Source: Candidatus Latescibacterota bacterium
GTDB taxonomy: Bacteria; Latescibacterota; UBA2968
Assembly (NCBI GenBank): GCA_965207885.1
Contig: OZ242311.1
Location: 1,760,001 to 1,824,000 of the forward strand
DNA: 64,000 bases
Reading direction: 5' to 3'
Shown here: positions 57,481 through 64,000 of the stretch, piece by piece
Numbering within the stretch: the stretch's first letter is position 1
Layout: every line of letters begins with the position of its first letter
Notes under the pieces: model-generated
What the model was told of the DNA's origin: nothing
What the model saw: the letters and a program-made list of their open reading frames with translations, nothing else
Databases searched by the model: none
Translations under genes and position numbers: made by a program

Positions 57481-58302
57481 ATGGACAATATTCTACCTGA
57501 AGCAGATCCCAAACTAATCTCGTACGCTACGGAGAACAATCTATACGATTTATACGCGAAAATAGGAAAACTGGACAAAGGGGAGTTATTCGTACAAGAA
57601 GACTTTTCGTGGGTTATTGCCAGACCTCATTGGCCTAACTTCATCTTCAGACCTCAATTTAAACCCCAGCGCATATCTCTTCGCCTTTCACAGATTATCA
57701 GAAAAATTAAGGACTTAGACGCACCACCGGTCATACAAGTAGGCGATCAGGCAAAACCTACTGATTTGGATGCGTGTCTAAAAAGAAACGGCTTCCAGAT
57801 GCTGGTTGAGAGATCTCGTATGGCTCTTGATCTAAAAGCAAAGCACCTTAGCTCTAAAACGCCAAATAAGCTGGATATTTTTGAAATAAAGAACCAGGAA
57901 GATTTTGGAATATGGATTGATGTAGCGTTAAAATCGTTCAATTCCTACTTAGGTATATTTGGTTCCTTATTGAATGGGGAAAAAGTGAGATTTTATTCTG
58001 GTATGCATAATGGCCAGGTGGTAGCTACGTCTATGATCTTCTTATCCTCGGGTGTAGCAGGGATCTATTTTGTATCTGTCATTCCAGAATTGAGAAATCG
58101 TGGTATGGGCAAAGAGATGATGTTAAGATGCATATACGACGCGCAAGAATTGGGATACAATTATTGCATCTTGCAAGCAACTGACATAGGTGAGCACTTA
58201 TACAGAAGTCTGGGATTTAAGCTCTGTGGCACATTAAAATACTTTTTCTTTCCCGATGTGAGCGTACAAGCATTTTTACAAAATAACAGACAATGCGCCT
58301 GA
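57481..58302 (+). CDS. GNAT acetyltransferase (AT-rich)
   Basis: GVAGIYFVSVIPELRNRGMG, LQAT..GE.LYRSLGF. Start at 57454 or 57481. Confidence 0.85.
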   Translation: MDNILPEADPKLISYATENNLYDLYAKIGKLDKGELFVQEDFSWVIARPHWPNFIFRPQFKPQRISLRLSQIIRKIKDLDAPPVIQVGDQAKPTDLDACLKRNGFQMLVERSRMALDLKAKHLSSKTPNKLDIFEIKNQEDFGIWIDVALKSFNSYLGIFGSLLNGEKVRFYSGMHNGQVVATSMIFLSSGVAGIYFVSVIPELRNRGMGKEMMLRCIYDAQELGYNYCILQATDIGEHLYRSLGFKLCGTLKYFFFPDVSVQAFLQNNRQCA

Positions 58303-58324
58303 CTTTGTTCACGGAAGAACACCA

Positions 58325-59225
58325 ATGCTCAAAAACTATTTAACAATCGCCATCCGAATCCTGTTTCGGTACAAGGGATATTCGCTCATCAATAGAATGG
58401 CGATTTGGAGAATTTGACATAGACGAATCGTATGTTGACTTTTTTGGGGTAGATGTCGTTCAAGGCCGGAATTTATTCACAGGAGATCGCTATCAAGACA
58501 GGGATTCACCAGTCAAATATTTGCTGAATGAAACCGCCGTAAAAATGATAGGCTGGGACCAACCTGTCGGCAAGCGATTTGGCCGTGCAGGCAGAATAGA
58601 CGGTGTAATTGTGGGCGTAATCGGTGACTTTCATTTGGGTAGCCTGCATCATCAAATCCCTCCCCTGGTCTTCCGACAGGGTTCGATAAAATTTTTGTAT
58701 CTCAAAATTGCCCCTCAAAATATGCCAGAAACCCTTCAATTTATCGGACAAATGTGGAAGGAACTACTACCCGAACGGCCTTTTACCTATGCATTTTTAG
58801 ACGAAAAACTGGACCGCACAAACTATGAAAAAGAAATTCAGCTGAGTCAGGTTTTCAGTGCATTCTCTGCATTGGCCATTCTCATCTCTTGTTTGGGGCT
58901 ACTTGGCCTGGTCTCATTCATGGTTGAGCGACGCACAAAAGAAATCGGAATTCGAAAGGTAGTAGGTGCATCAGAGTACGATATTTTGCGACTATTCTTA
59001 AAAGAATTTTTGTTCCTAGTCGTTATATCAAATGCGATTGCTCTCCCCATCGCCTACTGGGGCATTCACCAATGGTTAGAATCATTTGCCTATCGAACAC
59101 AGGCGGAAATCACTCTATTTGCAGGCACGGGATTGTTAACCCTGTTCATTACCGGGATCACCGTGGGATTTCTCATCTTAAAAAATGCGCGCAGAAATCC
59201 GGTTGACGCGCTGCGTTATGAATGA
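58325..59225 (+). pseudogene. ABC permease pseudogene with a large frameshifting internal deletion (array member 6)
   Basis: MLKNYLTIAIRILFRYKGYSLIN (58325-58393) abuts, in another frame, EWRFGEFDIDESYVDFFG...LLNETAVK...NPVDALRYE (58395-59225). Confidence 0.88.
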
Positions 59226-59282
59226 ACGGAGAGACAAAGACTTCGAGAGCATTTTTTCTCACCTGCTTGACCAATAAAAATT

Positions 59283-59891
59283 ATGCGTGATGTACATCCC
59301 AACACAAGAGTAATTCTCATTGGAGGCTCATCCCACTCCGGAAAGTCGGCCCTGTCCGAGTCGATAGCTGCAAACCTGGGATGGAACCGAATCTCCACAG
59401 ACACACTTGCCCGTCATCCCGGCCGGCCGTGGAGACCCGAACCAGAGAAGGTACCTGACCATGTGGCGGAACACTATCTCTCCCTATCAGTTGACGAATT
59501 AATCAAAGATGTACTCCACCACTACAGGATCAATGTATGGCCAAAAATTGAGGAAATTGTCGCGTCTCATATCAAAGACCCTTCTCTGACTGGATTAGTC
59601 GTAGAAGGATCAGCACTATGGCCCGAACTTGTAGCAACCCTGAACTCCGACAATATCGCTGCATTATGGCTTACAGCGAGTAAGGCGGTTTTTCGGCAGA
59701 GGATTCACAATGAAAGCCAGTATCATTTGAAGTCACTTCGGAAACGAAGGATGATCGATAAGTTTCTGCAACGCACACTCGTCTATAATGCACAGATGAT
59801 CGAGGTAGCCAACCGGCAGGGGTTCATTCTCGTAGATGTTCAGCAATCTAATTTAGCAGAGCTAACCCAAAGGTGCTTATCGATACTCTGA
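59283..59891 (+). CDS. P-loop kinase (2-phosphoglycerate kinase-like)
   Basis: VILIGGSSHSGKS, ISTD, VVEG. Confidence 0.7.
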   Translation: MRDVHPNTRVILIGGSSHSGKSALSESIAANLGWNRISTDTLARHPGRPWRPEPEKVPDHVAEHYLSLSVDELIKDVLHHYRINVWPKIEEIVASHIKDPSLTGLVVEGSALWPELVATLNSDNIAALWLTASKAVFRQRIHNESQYHLKSLRKRRMIDKFLQRTLVYNAQMIEVANRQGFILVDVQQSNLAELTQRCLSIL

Positions 59892-59893
59892 AG

Positions 59894-59929
59894 TTCCCGC
59901 TGAATAGGCTATTTAGCGGGAATCTTTTA
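59894..59929 (+). terminator. Intrinsic terminator
   Basis: TTCCCGCTGAATA...TATTTAGCGGGAA followed by TCTTTT. Confidence 0.7.
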
Positions 59930-60085
59930 TTATTGAGAAATTTGTCGGCTAACATCTCAACAAACAAAAGGAACAGAAAATGATTTTAGAAGTTGCAATA
60001 TTGGACATGAAATCAGGGTGTGAAAAGGAATTTGAAGCAGCTTTTGGCGAGGCGCAAAAAATTATATTGCGTAAGGAGAAAGATC

Positions 60086-61330
60086 ATGTATTCAAGATTC
60101 ATCCTGAGAACTCTGGGAAGTTTTTCAATTCTCTTTTTTTGTAATACACAAAATATAATGGGGAATGAGTTGAATATCGCGGCAGAGATGGGAGATAGCA
60201 CCAAAGTAAAAAACTTACTAAAAAAAGGCGTAGATATAAATGAACGAGATAACTTCGGACGAACAGCCCTCATCTATGCGGCTCTGAATGGTCATAATCG
60301 CATCACAAACATGCTACTTGAATCTCATGCTGATATTCATGCCAAAGATCATTTCGACCAAACAGCATTCATTGCAGCAGTCAATAGAGGACATGTGAAC
60401 ACCGCGGAAATTTTGCTAAAAAATGGGGCTAATTCATCGGCTCCCAATAGTGAGGGTGTACCTCCTGTACTTATAGCCCTGGGACGGGAAGACTTCGAAA
60501 TGGTAGATTTATTATTAAAATATGGAATCGAAATCAATAGCATAGACGAAAGAGGCAGGACAGTTCTTCAGAGAATTATTGAATCAAATGACACAGAACT
60601 CGTGCAAACAGTTTTGAGACGCGGTGTAGATGAGAGATATATCCTACATCTGGCTGCTGGCGTGGGTGACACAACATTATTAAAGACAGTGTTAAAAAAT
60701 AAAATAGATATTAACAAAAGGGATGCATTGGGAAGAACGCCATTGCTATTTGCGCTATTATATGACCGCACGCAATGTGCTAAAATGCTATTGGACCAGG
60801 GTGCAGACTTTTCGCTTAGCGAAATCAATATTACATACGAAAATGAAAGAACAGTTCTTCAGAAGATTATTGAATCAAATGACACAGAACTCGTGCAAAC
60901 AGTTTTGAGACGCGGTGTAGATGAGAGATATATCCTACATCTGGCTGCTGGTGTGGGCGACACAACATTGCTAAAGACAGTGTTAAAAAATAAAATAAAT
61001 ATTAACAAAAGAGATACATTGGGAAGAACCCCATTGCTATTCGCGCTATTATATGACCACACGCAATGTGCTGAAATGCTATTGGACCAGGGCGCAGACT
61101 ACTTTTCGCTTGCCAATGATCAGGGCAAAACCCTACTCATGGTAGCTGCCGAACGAAGAAATATCGAAGGCCTGAAACTCCTTCTGCGTGCAGGAGCAAA
61201 TATATTCGCACAAGATAATCGGGGTTGGACTGCTTTAACATACGCGGCATTTGGTAATCGTAATAGACAGAACCGGGATAAGTGCTTAAAACTTCTTAAA
61301 TCCGTTATGGAGGACAGAAGGATTAGATAG
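60086..61330 (+). CDS. Ankyrin-repeat protein, possibly exported
   Basis: Repeated GRTALIYAALNGH, GRTPLLFAL, GKTLLMVAA, GWTALTYAA; AAGGAG RBS before MYSRF. Confidence 0.92.
   Translation: MYSRFILRTLGSFSILFFCNTQNIMGNELNIAAEMGDSTKVKNLLKKGVDINERDNFGRTALIYAALNGHNRITNMLLESHADIHAKDHFDQTAFIAAVNRGHVNTAEILLKNGANSSAPNSEGVPPVLIALGREDFEMVDLLLKYGIEINSIDERGRTVLQRIIESNDTELVQTVLRRGVDERYILHLAAGVGDTTLLKTVLKNKIDINKRDALGRTPLLFALLYDRTQCAKMLLDQGADFSLSEINITYENERTVLQKIIESNDTELVQTVLRRGVDERYILHLAAGVGDTTLLKTVLKNKININKRDTLGRTPLLFALLYDHTQCAEMLLDQGADYFSLANDQGKTLLMVAAERRNIEGLKLLLRAGANIFAQDNRGWTALTYAAFGNRNRQNRDKCLKLLKSVMEDRRIR
60560..61111 (+). repeat. Near-identical intragenic tandem duplication (period 291 nt, 97 aa)
   Basis: 60560-60818 is repeated at 60851-61111. 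Confidence 0.92.
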
Positions 61331-61366
61331 GAGAACTTATCCAGATATGTGCAATGGTGGAGATCA

Positions 61367-61816
61367 ATGACTGACATATCAAACCAGATAATGATAAGAA
61401 CCATCACATCAGAGGACCTGGAAGATTGCGCGCGTCTATACGTCAACCACCACCTGCAGAGCAGGTGGATTGTCCCTGCCACACCCCCAGGTGCTTGACC
61501 CACCTGTTGGAGGCAATGCAACACATCCGAGCAAGGGCTTTGTTTGTAGCCGCTCACTGCGTGGCGAGACTTCAGGGTAGTTGACAGCAGCGGATTGCTA
61601 CCGCAGGTTTGGGAGGTCAGTCCCCTAACTATACCCATCGGATTGATGACAACACAATGCAATCCATACCGCTTTTGTCATCAATCCGCCTCTCCACTAA
61701 CGTCGCCAGAGAGGATTTTTTGTGCTATCCCACATCGAAACCGTTTGCTCTCAAAGAGAGTGCCTTTATGTGGGCTGTGATAGCACCTGCAAAATATACT
61801 CACAAAACGGCTTAAC
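61367..61816 (+). pseudogene. Disrupted GNAT acetyltransferase
   Basis: GGAG RBS then MTDISNQIMIRTITSEDLEDCARLY, interrupted at 61442; degenerate RRQRG and VLSHIETVCSQREC...IYSQNG fragments at about 61700-61815. Confidence 0.55.
61442..61585 (-). mobile_element. 144-bp non-coding element resembling an IS200/IS605 (TnpB-type) right end/omega-RNA scaffold
   Basis: Ends GTCAACCACC and GGTAGTTGAC (9/10 inverted); subterminal hairpin CCACCTGC-aga-GCAGGTGG; second hairpin CAGGTG-cttgacc-CACCTG. Confidence 0.6.
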
Positions 61817-61928
61817 GGCAAAGCCAACTATCTCTGACCACGCCCAAAGGATGTGGCCTCCTAAAGGAAAGTGAAGGTTTTCTCCGAATGGCCGTACGAG
61901 GAATAGTCTTAATAACACAGCAATCGCC

Positions 61929-62420
61929 ATGCAAACCGAGAATATCAAACATCACCTTGATGCCATTGACACATTATCAGAGGCGCAATTTGAACTGTGG
62001 GGACCTCTTACAGGTCGAAACACGCTGGCGGAATATCGCGAGTTACTCCACCTCGCAGCCAAATCCGAGAGCCTGCCCACCACGCTCGTTGCCGTAGAAA
62101 ACGCAACCGTCCTCGGCTCCGTAAACATACTCGAAAACGATCTGCCACTCCGTCCTGGTCTTGCACCCTGGTTAGCGCAATTATTTGTATTTCCGGATTT
62201 TCGACGCCGGGGTGCAGGCGCATTGTTAATTGCGGGTGCGATTGCAGAGGCCCGAAAGCTGAACAGATCAATACTCTATTTGTACACGTCTGGAACGCTA
62301 CCGGATTATTACGAGCGACTTGGATGGTCTCGCCTGGAGGAAATCGCGTACCTGGGCAAGCTCAGAGTAATAATGGCTTACGAAATCGATTTAAGGACAG
62401 ACGCGATTATTGCGAAATAG
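61929..62420 (+). CDS. GNAT acetyltransferase
   Basis: PWLAQLFVFPDFRRRGAGALL, LYLYT, YYERLGW. Confidence 0.9.
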   Translation: MQTENIKHHLDAIDTLSEAQFELWGPLTGRNTLAEYRELLHLAAKSESLPTTLVAVENATVLGSVNILENDLPLRPGLAPWLAQLFVFPDFRRRGAGALLIAGAIAEARKLNRSILYLYTSGTLPDYYERLGWSRLEEIAYLGKLRVIMAYEIDLRTDAIIAK

Positions 62421-62545
62421 ATGAGGGGATGGCTTCTTGTTTCATGGGCAATTCAAGGCAGATGTTGAACACCGTTATATGATTGTCTTTTGAGAAATTT
62501 AATCTATATTTCTTTATACAAGCAATGGGATCCTGGAGAAAGCAC

Positions 62546-62728
62546 ATGATAGAAAAAGTCGTTCGAAAACGAAACCTGACAACGCATTCCCAGGCAAAAG
62601 AAGATCTGGCCTACTGGCTCAGTCGGCCCGCAGAAGAGCGGGTTTTGGCCGTAGAATATCTCAGGCGACAACACCATGGAAGTACAGGAAGACTTCAAAG
62701 AGTTGCTCGCGTTATTAAACGCGCATGA
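62546..62728 (+). CDS. Small basic protein coupled to the downstream nucleotidyltransferase
   Basis: GGAG RBS; DLAYWLSRPAEERVLAVEYLR...RLQRV; overlaps the next gene by 53 nt. Confidence 0.7.
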   Translation: MIEKVVRKRNLTTHSQAKEDLAYWLSRPAEERVLAVEYLRRQHHGSTGRLQRVARVIKRA

Positions 62729-63125
62729 TGTCGAATATGTGATCGTGGGAGCTTACGCGCTTTCACATCATGGTGTACCGAGATACACCGGGGATCTGGA
62801 CATTTTGATTCGGGCAGAAACCGAAAATGCGCGACGTATCTTAGATGCTCTATCTGAATTTGGATTTGGAAATCTGGAATTGACATTGACAGACTTTACC
62901 ATGCCCAATCATGTCATTCAACTTGGATATCCTCCCGTGCGCGTTGATCTAATTACGTCAATCACAGGTGTCTCGTGGGAAGAAGTAGCAGAAAATAAGG
63001 AAACGGGAATATATGGCAGCATTGAGGTCTTTTATATCGGGCGACCTCAACTGGTGAAAAACAAACGTCTTACTGGTCGCCAAAAGGATTTGGCCGATCT
63101 GGAGGCACTGGAAGAAAGTGAGTAA
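62676..63125 (+). CDS. Nucleotidyltransferase-fold protein (AbiEii/DUF6036-like)
   Basis: YVIVGAYA..HG.PRYTGDLDILI, RVDLIT, L..NK...GR.KD..DL..L. Confidence 0.8.
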   Translation: MEVQEDFKELLALLNAHDVEYVIVGAYALSHHGVPRYTGDLDILIRAETENARRILDALSEFGFGNLELTLTDFTMPNHVIQLGYPPVRVDLITSITGVSWEEVAENKETGIYGSIEVFYIGRPQLVKNKRLTGRQKDLADLEALEESE

Positions 63126-63155
63126 AAATCGCCGAGATGTTGTTCCCTATTGTAT

Positions 63156-63189
63156 AAAAGCCTTGCAGAATCTTCTGTAAGGCTTTTTT
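63156..63189 (+). terminator. Intrinsic terminator
   Basis: AAAAGCCTTGCAGA-atct-TCTGTAAGGCTTTTTT. Confidence 0.8.
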
Positions 63190-63299
63190 CGCATTAATCT
63201 TTACTCTCCTCTACAATCCTCCCAATAGAAACCATCTTGCTGATAGAACTGTCAAAAGATAAATCTCCGTTGTAAGACGCTATCTATCAGGGAGGATTC

Positions 63300-63644
63300 A
63301 TGACCATCATACGATACCCGGGAAAAGCAGTTGGCCGCAGTGAATCCGTCGAACACAATGGCATTCTCTATACAGCTGTCATTGCGCCGGACTTATCTGC
63401 AGACTTCAAAAGCCAGACCCAGCAAGCACTCGAACAGTTGGACACAAACCTCGATGAAGCTGGAACCGATAAGACTTGTCTCCTCTCCGTCACGATCTAC
63501 ATCACAGATATGTCCAGGAAACCCATCCTGAACGAAATTTGGGACGCCTGGATCGGTCCCTACAATTGGCCCCAGCGCGCCTGTATAGAAGCCAAACTCG
63601 AAGGAAATACACTTGTAGAAATGGTCGCGATTGCTGCAAAATAG
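63300..63644 (+). CDS. RidA/YjgF family protein (YoaB-like)
   Basis: QTQQAL..LD..L..AGTDK..LLSVTIY, NEIWDAW, P.RACIEAKL, VEM...AA. Confidence 0.9.
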   Translation: MTIIRYPGKAVGRSESVEHNGILYTAVIAPDLSADFKSQTQQALEQLDTNLDEAGTDKTCLLSVTIYITDMSRKPILNEIWDAWIGPYNWPQRACIEAKLEGNTLVEMVAIAAK

Positions 63645-63668
63645 CATCGAATTGAGGGAATAATCGCA

Positions 63669-64000
63669 ATGGACACACACATCAGAGTCAGCACAAAAGC
63701 TCTCATTCTCCGAGACAACGCCATTCTGCTCGTGGAATACGATGACGAAACAGGACTTCACTACAACATGCCGGGAGGTGGTGTTGAACTGGATGAGACT
63801 CTGGAAGAAGCGCTTAAAAGAGAAATGCAAGAAGAGACCTGCGCTGAGGTCGAAGTAGGCCAGCCACTCATCATCACGGAATACGAACCGAAGAGAAATG
63901 CATTCTGGGGAGGAACGCGTCACTCACTCACAGTAATCTTCGAGTGCAGGCTCACAGGTGATACAGAACCCCAAATGCCACAAAAACCGGACTCCAACCA
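63669..64000 (+). CDS. NUDIX hydrolase, 3'-truncated by the window edge (absent from the ORF track)
   Basis: MDTHIRVSTKALILRDNAILLV...PGGGVELDETLEEALKREMQEET (Nudix box). Confidence 0.9.
   Translation, partial: MDTHIRVSTKALILRDNAILLVEYDDETGLHYNMPGGGVELDETLEEALKREMQEETCAEVEVGQPLIITEYEPKRNAFWGGTRHSLTVIFECRLTGDTEPQMPQKPDSN

Noticed and set aside
61120-61662. 180-aa minus-strand ORF across the insertion element
   Set aside because: It runs antisense through the ankyrin gene and GNAT remnant and has no transposase or RuvC motifs.
63393-63923. 176-aa minus-strand ORF
   Set aside because: Shadow of the RidA and NUDIX genes on the + strand.
44264-64000. Integron cassette array
   Set aside because: No attC-like RYYYAAC...GTTRRRY palindromes in the spacers and no integrase in the window.

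Overview
Bacterial chromosomal window with about 50 CDS. I saw no rRNA, tRNA, CRISPR array or intact transposase. The gene content (four PhyH-type dioxygenases, two sulfatase-fold proteins, DUF1080, DUF6785-type membrane proteins, TonB receptor plus PorV-like proteins, many MacB/FtsX permeases, an ankyrin protein) suggests an FCB-type, possibly animal- or sponge-associated heterotroph such as Latescibacterota; this is inference only. Layout: 1-27 kb is catabolic genes plus ssb, a low-GC SfiI-like restriction-modification pair and a GC-rich MaoC/CitE/CaiB operon. 27-39 kb is a co-oriented outer-membrane uptake module. 40-59 kb is an ECF sigma divergent from a sigma54-driven array of six ABC-permease paralogues (one internally deleted) with interleaved cargo genes. 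59-64 kb is small accessory genes. Top candidates for novelty: (1) an ECF sigma factor fused in frame to domains II-III of a DnaN-like sliding clamp, with an internal ribosome-binding site at the junction that recurs in a second ECF fusion; (2) a non-SusCD uptake locus; (3) a permease array in which three genes share an identical 3' tail; (4) a 144-bp structured element resembling a TnpB omega-RNA/right end inside a GNAT pseudogene. All family calls come from motif recognition by eye; no database search was run.
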